A stretch of 64,000 nt of DNA from Octopus sinensis (taxonomy: Eukaryota): positions 45,570,001 to 45,634,000 of the forward strand of contig NC_043003.1 in NCBI RefSeq assembly GCF_006345805.1, in the 5' to 3' direction. The position numbers and the translations under genes are program-made. A model generated the notes under the pieces. It was given only the letters and a program-made list of their open reading frames with translations, searched no databases and was not told the DNA's origin. This document shows, one piece after another, positions 31,055 through 45,590 of the stretch. Numbering within the stretch: the first letter of the stretch is position 1; every line of letters begins with the position of its first letter.

Positions 31055-31085
<31 letters not shown>

Positions 31086-31186
31086 AATAATAATAACGAT
31101 GGTGATGGTGATGATGATAATGATGATGGTAATGGTGGTGATAATGATGATAGTGATAATAATGGTGATGATAATAACAATAATAA
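30959..31186. repeat. (AAT)n/(GAT)n microsatellite flanking the Dong-like LINE
   Basis: Direct inspection. Confidence 0.95.
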
Positions 31187-34100
31187 GCCGACTACGGCTG
31201 CTATAATGGTACGATTATAATTGTAACGGCAATGATGGCCGTCTCCCCACGAGCCAATCAAAGCTAAAAAATGATAACATTATCGTAGCACCAAAATGTT
31301 TTTGGAAACTAAAAGGAAAACTAAATCAGTATACCAAATCGCTTGCCCTATGGTTAATCTGGAAGCGCGTACCCCAGGGAAGAGCCAGCCTGGGATCGAA
31401 AAGTCATCAACTGGCACAAACTCTTCTCCGAATACGACATGGATGGTCACTTGAACGGGAATCCCCCAACTCGAACCCTCCAAGTTCACCACTACAACCA
31501 CCACAGAAAGAAAAATGTAAGCGGAACAAATGGACCCGAGAAGAGTATAAAGAAGTAATATACGCTTATTACTATGCATTAGGTAGGCCATCTCAAGAGA
31601 GACACACCGCAAACTCTTACAGTATATGGAGAACACGGAATCAAGACAGTAGGCCATATTTGGACGAGAACAAATTAGCAAACGTGAGGAGGGATATCCT
31701 CAGAAATAACAGACTCACAGACAGTGAAATAAGCGCGATCAAGCACGCAACGGAAAATGACATAAATATAAGACACAAAGGAAATGAAGAATCAGATGAA
31801 CAGTATAGCCCGCCACGAGGCTTAATTGAAAGACTGCCATCTGACCAAAGTACGCAAAGGCCTGAATATACAAGAAATTCTATTGTACCTGTTAAAGATA
31901 GCCAGGAAAACGAAAAAACAACAGTAACTGAAGATCTCGCATTTGCTGAAGAACACAGAGAGTCTATGGCAGAAATGAGGCAGAAAATCCTGAATACGCT
32001 TGAAGTTGTAAGACATACAAGTATGAATGATAGAGAACCACTTCATAAACTCTCAAATACAAACCAAAATAAAAAACAAATCCAAACTGGCAACTATGTA
32101 ACAAATGAAATAATACGAGAATTAAAACTGATTTTACTGAGTTAAATGAAACTATTTACGCTTCTGCTAGGGCAATTGAAACCAGCTGTATGCCCCCGAA
32201 AAAACAAAGAAAACAAAACCTGGAAGAAATCAAACCTGGAGAAGTAAAATTGAAAAAGAGATTGAATTTATGAGAGGGGAAATATCAATATTAAATGAAC
32301 TAATATGTGGAAATGATGTAAGATCCAGAACAGGAAGAAAGATGAAGAGAAAATTTGGATCCTCACCAAGGGAAGAACTGATATCAATAAAAGAAACGCT
32401 GAAACAAAAAGTCCAAGCAAAAGCCCAAAGAATACGAAGATTTGAGAAGAGAAACAAGTTTTACAAGCAAAATAAGCTGTTCACATCCAATGCCAAAAAA
32501 TTCTACAGAGAAATAGGGAAGGAGAAAGTAACCGTTAAAGTAACTTCCCATGGAAGAAGTTCAAAACTTTTGGAAAAGGATTTGGAGTGACAAGAAGACG
32601 TACAACATAAATGCAGACTGGATTATACAAACTGAAGGATCCTACCAAAATTTACAACAACAAGCATGGGAAGACATCACAATAGCAGACCTAAGAAAGG
32701 CACTCACGAAGGCCCATAATTGGAAATCCCCCGTAAAGATAGGGTGCCGAATTTCTGGCTCGCATCGCTCCCATGCGCACACGGTAAGCTAGTTCAGCTG
32801 CTCAATGGAATTATGAGAGACCCAAAGAAAACACCTGAATGGTTAGCAAGTGGCATTACTTACCTACTCCCAAAGAATAACGAAACCAACCTTCCAAAAA
32901 ACTATCGGCCTATAACCTGTCTATCCGCCACGTATAAAATCCTAACATCTATCCTGGCGGAGAAAACATATGCATTCATGGAGAAGAACGATATTTTCCC
33001 CATTGAACAAAAAGGGTGCCGCCGAGCCTCTTACGGATGCAAAGATCAACTGCTAATCAACCGTATGATCCTTGAGAACTGTCACAACAAGCGCAGAAAT
33101 CTCAGCACCGCATGGATTGACTATAAAAAGGCCTTCGACAGTATACCGCATCGATGGATCTTGAGATCGCTGGACATCTTCAAAATTTCCCCTGTGATTT
33201 CAAACTTCCTGAAGCACAATATGTCGTTGTGGAATACGAATCTCCAATTATACCACTCTAATGGAGTACTTGTCTCAGAAAATATAAACATCAACTGTGG
33301 AATTTTTCAAGGTGACGCACTTTCACCTTTAATATTCTGCATAGCCCTAATACCCATTACAAGTGAATTAAACAGAACAGGGTATGGGTATAAAATTGCC
33401 AATAAAAAAATAAGCCATCTATTTTATATGGATGACTTAAAACTTTATGGTAAAGACAATAATGAACTTGAAGTCCTATTGCGCACCGTGAAAGCATTCA
33501 GCGATGACATCGGGATGGAATTGGACTTGAGAAGTGTGCCAAGGCCACTTTCCAGAAGGGAAAGTGAAGACCACAAATTCAGTCGTGTTAGATGTTGACA
33601 CAGTCATAAGAGAGCTTGAGCAAAAACAACATACAAATATTTAGGGATAAATGAAGGCTCTGGTATTCAGCATGCAAGCATGAAAGAGAAGATCAGGAAG
33701 GAATGTTATAGAGAGTTCGTGCAGTCCTGAAATCCGAACTAAATGCACGTAACAAGGTGTTAGCTATAAATTCCTTAGCAGTTCCAGTTGTTACTTATAG
33801 CTACAATGTGTTGAACTGGAATATGAGTGAAGTAAAGAATATAGATAGGAAAATACGCAAGCTGCTGAGTTGTAATAGGATGCACCACCAAAAGGCAGAC
33901 GTAGATCGTCTTTACCTTCCCAGAGCCCAAGGAGGTCGAGGCCTGATCCGATTTGAACTAGCTTACAAAACAACCACAATTGGACTGGCCAAATATCTCG
34001 AAATATCGAATGACTGGATGCTAAAGCTCGTGGAAAATCACGAGAGACGAAAGAAGCTTCATTCTATCATAAAGGAAAGCAAAAAATTTGCTATTGATCT

Positions 34101-35144
34101 CGTGCAGGATACCCAAACTGAACAATCCGAGGGAAGTACGGCAACTATTGTTGCAAAGAAGGTGAAAATGATGGCAATGAAAAAAGCGCACGAGCAATTG
34201 GCTGATAGGTGGGAGGAAAACCCTTGCACGGCAAATATGTGACCCGCAGCAAACAAGCTGATGTTGACCAGAAGCAACCCCATCAGTGGCTACGGAGCTC
34301 AGGGCTAAAAGCACAGAGCGAAGGTTTCATCCTGGCTGCTCAAGATCAAAGCCTATTAACCCGGAACTACCAGGCCAATGTGATGAAAAATGGAGCAGAC
34401 CCAAAATGCCGATTCTGCAACGACATGATTGAAACAGTGGACCACCTAATCTCTGGATGTAAAGTCTTAGCACCAGTGGAGTATAAATTAAGACATGACA
34501 GAGTTGGCCAATATCTCCACTGGCTAATAAGTCGGCATTACAATATCAAAACTGCCTACAAGTGGTATAATCACCACCCTGAGGCTGTAACTGAAGGAGA
34601 AAATGTAACCATTCTGCGGGACTTTCCAGTACATACAGACCGAACCATCAAGGCCAATAAACCAGATATTGTTGTGAAAGACCAAAACAATAAAGTTTGC
34701 TTATTGATCGACATGAGCATCCCCTGTGATCATAATATCTCAGCGAAAGAGTTTGACAAGCTCAGAAAATATAAAGACCTACTCATTGAAATTGAGAAAA
34801 TGTGGCATCTCAAGGCGGTTACAATACCAGTGATCGTAGGAGCACTAGGAATGATCAAGAAGGGAACCGAAAATTATATGAGAATGATCCCTGGCTTACC
34901 ATCCCTGCAAGAAGTGCAAAAGATTGTCTTAACTGGTACATCACACGTATTGAGAAGAGCATTGTCGATGTGAGAACTGTTGCTGCTCATGTATTTTAAT
35001 TTAACTTAAAAAAAAAAAAAAAATGAAGGAACTACTGAGTTTGGTTTAATGGCCTACCAATGTATACTATGAGTTTCTTTGCCCTAGGAGTCGGGAAGAC
35101 ACTCGGCAAGAAATGGAAGCAAATTTGAAAGAAGAAAAAAAAAG
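31187..35144 (+). mobile_element. Near-full-length R4/Dong-clade non-LTR retrotransposon (RT + CCHC + restriction-like endonuclease), frameshifted
   Basis: N-terminal Myb-like RNKWTREEYKEVIYAYYY at ~31520 and DENKLANVRRDIL. RT motifs YRPITCL, EQKGCR, WIDYKKAFDS, GIFQGDALSP, HLFYMDDLK. Zinc knuckle CRFC..ETVDHLISGC, RHD, and RLE motif KPDIVV..LLIDMSIP..EFDKLRKY. Stop at 34973. Flanked on both sides by (TAA)n, the known Dong target. Confidence 0.92.
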
Positions 35145-35812
35145 TAATAATAATAATAATAATAATAATGCTGTCTCGCTACAATCGTTTCATTAAGATA
35201 TTTTATTGTATTATAACATCAAACAGGCAGGTTGTGTTTTGAAGTGTAACATCTATAAGGTTCTGCAAAACACATGAGAGAAACTCAAATTTTCAGGTTG
35301 CATTCTGTTGCTTAAGACCAAATATCGACCTTCTGCTGAAAATATAGTAGCGATACCGTATTATCCACACGTTTGTTTTTATTGCTGTTGTTTACCTTGC
35401 GGAAGTTCTCTTGGATTACCAAGCACCATTGTAATTCTGGGACTGTTTATCTTTAGATTTGTGCTGTACTGTACATCTATTGATGTGGTGTGCTTCACTT
35501 TGACACAACCCGATCTTAATTCATCACCTTCTGTAATATATACATTACGGGCTGCATATTTTGGTGAACTACACCTACCAACATTATGATGGATTGTTGC
35601 AGCCTCAGAAACAGCTGTTGGACTTATAACACCTTACCACTTTACCTTTAAGTTTTATCTCTTAGTATATAAATATATCCATATATTTATATTTAAATAT
35701 TCATCATCTAAAAGTCTTCAGTCTTTGCTTTCTTTCTGTTTATATGTATACATACATATATGTTTTGTATATCAAACCCAAGCTGTTAGATTTAATTTAT
35801 TTATCTGCAAAA

Positions 35813-35857
<45 letters not shown>

Positions 35858-37414
35858 CTCTTCCTCTATTTTATTCAGAGTAAATTTTGACCAGTCACTT
35901 ACTTGGTGGCAATGTTCAGGAAGAAAATATCTTGTCTTAACCATCATCCTTTAAATCTGAATAAGGGCTCTCAAATTTTTATAGAGCCATACATCGTGAT
36001 CATTTGTAGTATATGAATTAAGGATTTGCATTCCCTTTCCAAGATCCCAAGTCCAACCGTACTTTGCTCCAGACGGGTTGGTATGTATCCATGTATACAG
36101 CTGCTCCAATAATAGTAGGTATCAAGCTGAAAGTTTATTTCGGGGACTGGATTTGCAAACTCCTTATCAATGGTCCATAGATGTCCTCTTTCTCTTGTAT
36201 TTTTCTTACTACAGTCATGCTCATGTATGTATGTATGTATGTATGTATGTATGTATGTATGTATGTATGTATGTATGTATGTATGTATCCAAAGTGTTGG
36301 TTTGAGAGGAATATGGTGAAGCCACTTCAAAAAAACAGTCATTTTATACATACTGAATGTAAACATGTTTAGTTATGACGCAAACCCTTTTATCTTGTTT
36401 CATATTCAAATAGGGGATTGGTCAGTGACATTAGGGACATTCAGTTTATGGCCAGTATTATGATGGAATATATTCATAGTTGCAGGGATATTGGTGACGA
36501 GAATTTATGTCAAAGGTCGAATGTATTAATGTTAATACTAGATAATCAGATAACATTAACTGGAATAGAATAAAATGTGTCGGTGGAAATGATATAGAGA
36601 ACTGCGTTTCGTGAGGTTAGGATAGAAGTACATTCATAGAAAGAGAAAAGATGCAGACCTACTTGTCAGGGCAACGACCGAATGTTAGAAAAGCATACGA
36701 TGTGAATGTAGAGATCCCAAGGGGTAAAAGAAATTCTGACTGGGCTAGCTAGGAGAACCCATAAATGACACACACAAACGCCCGCACACGTGTGCACACG
36801 CGCACACGCATATACTGGCAATAAATAGATAATAAATAAATAAATAAATAAGTAAATAATACATGCTGGTAATGATGTTGGTGGTGACGGTGTTCATTAA
36901 TGGTGATGTTCTTGGTGACGGTGTTCGACAGAAAAATAGCAAGCATAAGAAGTGAGTAACTGCTCATCTGATTGTCTTTTTTAAGGATCTACTTACAATG
37001 AATACGTACATATTACACACAAACACCCCCCACACACAAACACACACATATTCATATAAGCATACGTTTACATATATATCCATATGTGTATATATTTAAG
37101 CATATATTAGAAAGTTTGGAGATGATGTACAGGTATTTAATATTAGAAGAAATGAGGTACACAGAAATTCGGATGGTTTTATATTTACAGATATTTATTT
37201 GTATATTACATGTTTTTATACATCATATATCATATATATATTAGCACTTTCTCCCCATTCTTCACCCTCTTGTACTATTTTATATCCCTCCCCACCACTA
37301 CACACTCAATAACACTATAAAAGGGTCAAAATTTTTCCACAGTAACTTAGTTTCATTTGAAAAATCCACCAGAATGGACGAAAGCGCTGATATATATGAT
37401 ATATGTATGCATAT

Positions 37415-37476
<62 letters not shown>

Positions 37477-37623
37477 TGTATATATGAGTATATATAGTAT
37501 GCATGTATATACATATATATAAATGTGTGTGTGTGTATGAAGGTGAATACGTACACACACATACACACACGCACACACACGCGCGCGCACACACACGCGC
37601 GCGCACACCACACATGTAGGTAT

Positions 37624-38016
37624 ATTCTTTTATTCTTTTACTTGGTTCAGTCATTTGACGGCGGCCGTGCTGGAGCACCGCCTTTAGTCGAACAAATGGA
37701 CTCCAGGACTTATTCTTTGTATATCTAGCACTTATTCTATCGGTACTCTTTGCGGAACCGCTAGGTTATGGGGACATAACCACACCAATATCGGTTGTCA
37801 AGTGATGTGGGGGAGGACAAACACAGAAACACAAATACAAACACACATATGCACACGGGCTCCTTTTAGTTTCCTTCTCCCAGATCCACTCACAAAGCTT
37901 TGGTCGGCCCGAGGCTCTAGTGGAAGACACTTGCCTAAGGTACCACGCAGTGGGACTGAAGCAGGAGCCATGGGACTCGGGAGCAAACGTCTTACCAAAC
38001 AGCCACTCCTGTATAC
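37624..38016 (-). mobile_element. SINE family A
   Basis: Reverse-complement homology to family A. Confidence 0.8.
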
Positions 38017-38159
38017 CTATACACTATGGAAAGTCGGAAATCATCCGCACTTTAGCTAAAAGTTTCTTTAGGTTGCCACACACTGCCTTCAGCATTCATG
38101 TACCATAAGTGAGTTCTTTTGGAGTTAGATAAATCGAAGTTTGATCTTAATCGCTTGTT

Positions 38160-39330
38160 TTCTTTCTTGTGTTGCAGAATAAACTTTGCCTCTCTGCTAG
38201 AAGTAACAGGGAAAGTTATCCGGGGTTTTTTTTTCTGGTTAGAAGGTGCGTCAGAGCCCGAAATTCATCGCTGGCTTTCAGTACAATGTGGGGACAGCAC
38301 TCTATTGCGTAAAAGTGCGTATGAATGGATCGAGGAGTTTAAAAGTTGCCGGACAACCGTGAAGTATGGAGAGGGAGCAGGACACCTATAAACCTTCACC
38401 ACTGACGTGAAGACACTGCAAGGTTGAGAGATCGTTCTTGTGAACCGACGTATGAACATTTCTGAAATGGCGTGTTCTTTGCAAATTAGTGGCTGTTCAG
38501 CATATGAAATCATCCACAAGCTTCGCTTCCGTAACGTCTGTGCGAGATTGATCCAAAAGTGCCAACCGAAGCGCGTAAGCGCAATCGTATGAATATCTGT
38601 CAACGACCGCTTCAATGATGACCGCTTCAATGATGAACGCAACGGCTCTTTTTTAGAGAACAGTCGCAGGAGATGAGAACTGGGTCCATTATTTTAAGCC
38701 AGAATCTAACAGGTGGAGCATTGGGTGGAAGCACCCGGAATCGCCAGTGAAAAGGTTATTCAAGACTCAACCTTCCGCAGAAAAGTGACGCTAAACGATT
38801 TTTGGGAAGAGGAAGGGCCTATACTGCAAGGTTACCTGAAAAAGTTATCTACAGTGAACAGTGTAGGCTACAGTGAATTACTAGCAAATAAACTGAAAGC
38901 AGCAATTTGCACCAAACGACGAGTACTACTGTTAAAACAAGTGTTATTGTTGCACAACAATACAAGCCTACACACTGTCGCTCAAACCGTTGAAATTATA
39001 GAAAAAATTGATTTTTCGAAGTGCCGGAACACATGTAATACAGTTCAGATCTCGCCCCTTCTGTCACCACTTTGGACTGCTCAGAATTTCTTTACAAGGT
39101 CGTCCATTTGCTAAAGACTAAGAAACACAGAAACCAGTGTATAAATAGCAGCGTGACCAGCTGAAAGGTTTCTCAAATGGAAAAGACAAGTTCTGGACCG
39201 TTGGTGAAAGAAAAAATGCATCTAAAAGCATGGAGACAATGTCGGAAAAGTACATCATGGTTCAACCTTACTTTTTTTAAAAATAAATTACAGAAACAAT
39301 AGTACTTATAATTTTTGACACACACTTGTA
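38160..39330 (+). mobile_element. Decayed mariner-family transposon
   Basis: HTH-like EIHRWLSVQCGDSTLLRKSAYEWIEEFKSCRTTV..GAG; GDENWVHYFKPES; KVTLNDFWEEEGPIL...LLLHNN; YSSDLAP (canonical YSPDLAP). TIR-like end TTTTTGACACACACTTGTA at 39312-39330. Many stops and frameshifts. Confidence 0.85.
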
Positions 39331-39397
39331 AATAAACATACACTTATATAGCATACATACATACACGCATACATATATATATGCATATTTGTATATG

Positions 39398-39485
<88 letters not shown>

Positions 39486-39694
39486 GAAGTAATGTTTATC
39501 GCCACTTGAACATGGTTGCTCCGTGGGAACCGACGTTGCTACCATTTTAACCCCAGGGGGCACCTCCTCTAGCTGGTTATCACCTCCCCAGGTGGACACC
39601 TCCTGCAGCTGCACCCGATATATATTTCAAGTAGGGAAGCAATCCCTACCATCTTCCAGCGACTCTCTCTTCCCTATATATATATATATATATA

Positions 39695-39734
<40 letters not shown>

Positions 39735-40569
39735 AGAATTGTATCTGTTACACTGATATCGTGCTCTCTTCACTTTTACGTTACGTATACATATATACTT
39801 ACTAACAGTTGATTTACGTCTAAAGGATAGTGTTATGATTTATGCCGGTTATTTACAAATCGTATCTTTTTGAGATTTGGCATCCGCTGTTGCAAATAGT
39901 GCTCTTCTTGCAGGTAATTAACAGATATGTTTTAACTCTGAAATACGAATAAATTTTATAGTCAAAAGAGAATCAAGTTAAATTTTTAAGTAAGTGATAT
40001 GCCGTGAGATTTCTTTCCAGAAAGCGTATTTGTATATTCACGCAAGACTAGCAGAAAAGGCAAAAAGAAATATATTAATGAGTAATTTCACATATCATGC
40101 ACAATTCTGACAATCTGCTGTCAGAATTGAAAACAGATAGAATAGCAGAATAAATAAATGATTGAATGCAAAGTGAAAAAGACTAAAAGAAGATATACAG
40201 ATAGGTAGCACATAGATAGAGAGAGATATGTGGAGAGATAGAAAGGGAGAGCGAGAGAGAGAGAGAGGCAAACAGACAGACTGACATATATAGACAGACA
40301 GATAGAAAGAGAGAGAGAGAGAGGTGGAGGGAGAAGCAGAGTGACAGACAGACTGATAGACAGATAGGTAGATACTTACATACAGAGAGAGAGAGAGAAA
40401 GAGAGAGAAAGAGAGAGAGATGGAGAGAGGGGAGCAGACAGACTGACTGAAGGACAGATGGATAGATAGATGGATAGATAGAGAGAGAGAGGGGCAGACT
40501 GACAGATAAGCAGACAGACAGACAGACAGATAGACATACATACAGACAGATATATATATATATATATAT

Positions 40570-40604
<35 letters not shown>

Positions 40605-40612
40605 TAGGTAGG

Positions 40613-40687
<75 letters not shown>

Positions 40688-41265
40688 GAAGTAGGATAAG
40701 GCGAGTGAATTTAGAAAAATGTTATAAATGAAAGAAAAAATTAAAAGAAATAAAAATATTCTTAAAGTGAAGGACAGAATGAATGAAAGATTGAAAGAAA
40801 TGAATGAAGCGAATGCGATTAAATGATTGAATGAATGCAAGAGCGAAAGTAAGTTAGGGAATTGGAGAAAATCAACAAAATAGTGAGAGGATAGATTAAT
40901 GGAAGAAATAAGGGAAGTAAGTGCTTCCCAACCACATAGTTCCGGGTTCAGTTCCACTCCGTGGCACCTCGTGACTTCCAAAGCCTTGTTATTGAGGTTT
41001 AGCAGACAGAAACTGATAAGACGCCCATACTTGACCGCTAAATCTACAATTCATTTCTTAATTCTCTCTCTGTTTATTTTCTCTTATTCCTTTTTCTTGA
41101 AGAGCGTAGGCTTAGAAAAGAGACTTAGAATAGATTGATAGATAGATAGATAGATAGATATGTATATATATATGTATATATATAATATATATTATATATA
41201 ATATATATTATATATATATATATATTATATATAGAGAGAGAGAGAGGAGAGAGGAGAGAGAGGAG

Positions 41266-41315
<50 letters not shown>

Positions 41316-41355
41316 ATAGATAGGCGTAGGAGTGGATGTCTGGTAAGTAGCTATA

Positions 41356-41765
41356 GGTGTAGGAGTGGCTGTGTGGTAAGTAGCTCGCTAACGAACTACA
41401 TGGTTCCGAGTTCAGTCCCACTGCGTGGCACCTTGGGTAAGTGTCTTCTACTATAGCTTCGGGCCAACCAAAGCCTCGTGGGTGGATTTGGTAGACGGAA
41501 ACCGAAAGAAGCCCGTCGTATATATATGTATATATATGCATGTGTGTGTATATGTTTGTGTGTCTGTGTTTGTTTCCCCAACATCGCTTGACAACCGATG
41601 CAGGTGTGTTTATGTCCCCGTAACTTAGCGGTTCGGCAAAAGAGACCGATAGAATAAGTACTAGACTTACAAAGAATAAGTCCTGGGGTCGAAATGGTCG
41701 ACTAAATGCGGTGCTTCAGCATGGCCACAGTCAAATGACTGAAATAAGTAGAAGAGTAAAAAGAG
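41356..41765 (+). mobile_element. SINE family A, full length, with duplicated head at ~41322
   Basis: Homologous to 20755-21154 along its length. Confidence 0.85.
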
Positions 41766-41795
41766 AGATAGATAGATAGATATATAGATAGATAT

Positions 41796-41876
<81 letters not shown>

Positions 41877-42257
41877 CGGAAAGGGGGAAAGAGAGAGTGA
41901 GAGAGAGAGGATGAAATAACAGAAATTAGAACGACAGAGAAATAATGAACGATAGGACGAAACAGTAGTCGAAGGCAAAGGAGAAGTGTAGAATTTTAAA
42001 AAGATGAATAAATACAAAAACAGTGAAAATGAAATGTAAAATATAATATAAAATACGAAGGAGTAAAAGAAATTTAAGAAAGAAAGATATTAGTCATGTT
42101 ACAATTTCCTTGATAGCGTTCATTTTCTAAATGCTCTAATCCAGGACAAACGATCAACTCGGATGGGGCAAACGTGAGAAGTAAAAACAACAAAAACATC
42201 GTCCAGACATATCTTTATGATTTTATTAAGCAATCATTTGAATACTCTCCCTCTATT

Positions 42258-42820
42258 GGGCGTGGTTGTGTGGTAAGAAGCTTGTTTCTCAATCACATGT
42301 TTCCAACCCACTGTTTCTTTGTCTCTGTTATATTCACTACTATCCGGTATCTATAAAATGCATATATATTACTGTATATATTGCGCAAAGAGGCATAATT
42401 CCCAACCACATGGATCCGGGTTCAGTCCTTCGGGCAAGAGTCTTCTATTATAGCCTTGGGTCGACCAAAGCCTTCTGATTGGATTTGGTAGACGGAAACT
42501 GTAAGAAGCCGTCTTTATAAGACGGCACCTTTCAGTTATATATGCGCGCATGCGTATGTGTGTGTTTATGCGTACGTGTCTTTGTATCTGTGTTTGTCCA
42601 CCATCCTCACCTTCGCTTCACAAACGATGTTGGTGTGTTTATGTAACGTAACGTAACTTAGCGGTTCGACAAAAGAAGCTGATAGAATAAGTACTAGAGT
42701 TACGACGAATAAGTCCTGGGGTCGATTTGCTCGATTAAAACCTTTTAAGGTAGTGCTCCAGCATGTCTGCAGTCAAATGAGTGAAACAAGTTACAGAATA
42801 AAAGAATAAAAGAATAAACA
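42258..42820 (+). mobile_element. SINE family A, diverged and rearranged
   Basis: Homology to family A head and tail. Confidence 0.7.
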
Positions 42821-43000
42821 AGTGCGTGTATGTATGTATTCAGCTGATGATTCTACTTTTCTTTTGAATCCACCCATCAGTAAGTGTTCTTTGCTCTTAA
42901 AAATCCTTAGAATAACAATCTTATAATTAACACACTAACCTACACATGCATATATGTGTGAGTGTGTGTGTATATGTATATGCATGCTCACACACACGTG

Positions 43001-43032
<32 letters not shown>

Positions 43033-43909
43033 TCATTTTGCCTTTTCTTTTGCAAACATATTCTAAATACGATTCATTCGATGTTTGCAGCTGTTATAGT
43101 AACGGGAGAATAAATCTCTTAACCCGCAGACGGGTTGTAAACGTAAGTTCATTTCACTTAACTACCAATAGTCGTCAACATTTGAAACCGCTCTGCTAAC
43201 ATGTCGTATCAGTTTAGGCGTAAGTCACGGCCCATCAGTTCTAGTTTGCTGCCGGAAACTTTGACTTGTTCAGCTGTCCATTAATTAAAGATCTGGAGAT
43301 GAGTTTGGGGATGCAATTTGTCAGGGAGTCTCTGGAGAAATGTAGTTCACAGAATCCGCTTTGGAACCGAGCAACGGGGTTGGTATGAAAGATATTTTCC
43401 TTTGAATTATTGGCTGTCGACGACTGAAGAATTACAAGGGATTTTAAACGAAATCTAGTTGTAGGAAATAAGCATGATTTTATGGGTTTATCTTAATGTT
43501 CGTGCTGATTGTTTTTGGTGAGCCATGATAGAGAAAACGCCAAAGCAGTTCCAACCACTATCATCCTGTATTTGTACATTTAGAACTACATCATTCACTG
43601 TCGTGCTCTTGTTAAAGACATTGTTGTGTGATTCGAACGAAATTTGTCAGCCATTTTTAGGTAAAGCGTCCTCTTAGCAGATCTGTCGTTGGATAGTGTT
43701 GTGTATATTACTTAATGAATAGATGTGTTTAACAAATTAAATTCGATAAAATGACACATGTAGATAAATTCCTGAATGCTGCATATCATTTACTTTAAGC
43801 CTGGGTTTCATAGAAAACATTAACTTTGTAATAATAATTTCTAAATATGATCTAACACCATGTATTCTAGAGTTTACTGGTGTCTATCAAATCTACACGA
43901 GTACATAAG

Positions 43910-44143
43910 TGGTGAGCTGGCAGAAACGTTAGCACGCCGGGCGAAATGCGTGGCCGTATTTCGTCTGTCGTTACGATGTGAGTTCAAATTCCGCCGAGGT
44001 CGACTTTGCCTTTCATCCTTTCGGGGTCGATAAATTAAGTACCAGTTACGCACTGGGGTCGATGTAATCGACTTAATACCTATGTCTCTCCTTGTTTGTC
44101 CCCTCTGTGTTTAGCCCCTTGTAGGTAATAAAGAAATAGGTAT
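43910..44143 (+). mobile_element. tRNA-derived SINE family B
   Basis: GAGCTGGCAGAA..GAGTTCAAATTCC boxes, central GCCTTTCATCCTTTCGGGGTCGATAAA, and tail GCCCCTTGTAGGTAATAAAGAAATA. Homologues at ~9690-9857(-), 27408-27620(+), 57225-57398(+) and 61425-61630(-). Confidence 0.8.
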
Positions 44144-45059
44144 TTATTTAACCACACGTTTCCGAAGTAAGGAAACATCCACGCCAGACGACCTGGATAC
44201 TGAATACAAAGTAACATGAGTTCATACCACAGTGTATATTTTCCGACTCTACATATTCTAATACCTACAACAGTATATCAGCAATATACTAAAACTAGGT
44301 AAATATAGAGAGAAATAGTACTGCAGACCCAGGAATTTGCCACAAAGATGTGCAGATAAAGATGCACAATGATACTAAGATGTTAACTACTAATAGATAA
44401 ACTGTCGTGAAGTGTATAATAGTTCGTTATTTTGGTTTCAGTGAAATCGTATAGAACAGAACATGCCAAAATTTAAAAACATTTATTGGAGAAGTCTGCT
44501 GGAGAGAATATATTGATAGTGCTGTAGATGATGTAGAAATAAAGGATTCTAATTTAGACCTAATTTAGAGACAAAGCCGCAAATTTTGAAGAAAATAGAT
44601 TAGTCAATGCTATCGTCCCCAGTACTTAATGGATACTGCATTTTCTCGAGACGGTGGGATGAGAGGCAAAGTTAGCCTCGATAAGATGTGAATCAGAAAT
44701 TAAAGAGCCGGTGTAAATATCGCATGATATTTTTCGGACATTCTAATAATTTTGTCCAACATGTAGTAGGAAGGGAAACAAAGAAAGTGTGCAGAATTAC
44801 ATAAAATTAAGGCTTTCGAATTTAATCGCTGTGGTGAAACACGCGGATTCAATTTCTGATGCTGTAAGTAAATGGAGTGATTTACATCACGTAATAGATT
44901 TCATATTTGTGGAATTAATTCAAAAATTGTAATACAAATATTTCAGGTAGATGAATCCTTCACACTTCCCTGGGCATAAATCTAACTGAAAATTAAACAC
45001 TATGAATATGATAAAAAGACATTAAAAATTGTTAGAAATTTGAGAAAAAGTTTGCTGAT

Positions 45060-45590
45060 ATTGGGAGCATGGGAACATTGAAAAAGAATTATTTCTATCA
45101 TGATGATCTGCACTCAGTATCAAAATGCCGGCATCATGACTGCTGTTCAATGCTCTGGGAAAGCTTTCAATGCAGAAAGATGTTTCCTTCGCATCATTAA
45201 AACCAAGTATCCAGTGAGGGTGATGATATGCCGCCCCGCATCTTTGGCTCAATTGAGACGACCACGTGAAGCTGCTGGAGACTGGTCAAAACGTAGCCGA
45301 AGAAGGTTGCTACTGGAAGTCCATATGTGTGAAAGCAGGATTCGGTTCCTTGCCATACCCCTGGAAAGAATCAGTAGTGGTTAGCGGAGAATTTTTACGA
45401 CTCCACCAGCCCCAAATTCTGGCCTCCTTATTCCTATTATTATCACATGGACTGCTATGTTTGGTGTAAAGTTGGGGACACCAGCCGCCCAGACTGCAAT
45501 CCCAAGCAGCGGCTAGAAAAAACCATGAGATACATTTTGACCTCTTGTGAATTCTTCAGTGGCGCATACACACATCCAGTCACTTATTCA
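45060..45590 (+). mobile_element. Highly decayed LINE C-terminal fragment
   Basis: GC-richer block with a ...SRPDC...KTMRYILTSC motif resembling the post-RT zinc-binding region of non-LTR elements. Confidence 0.3.

Noticed and set aside
31187-31270. Possible HDV-like ribozyme at the 5' end of the Dong/R4-like LINE
   Set aside because: Expected for some RLE clades, but I could not build a convincing P1/P2/P3/P1.1 double pseudoknot by eye.
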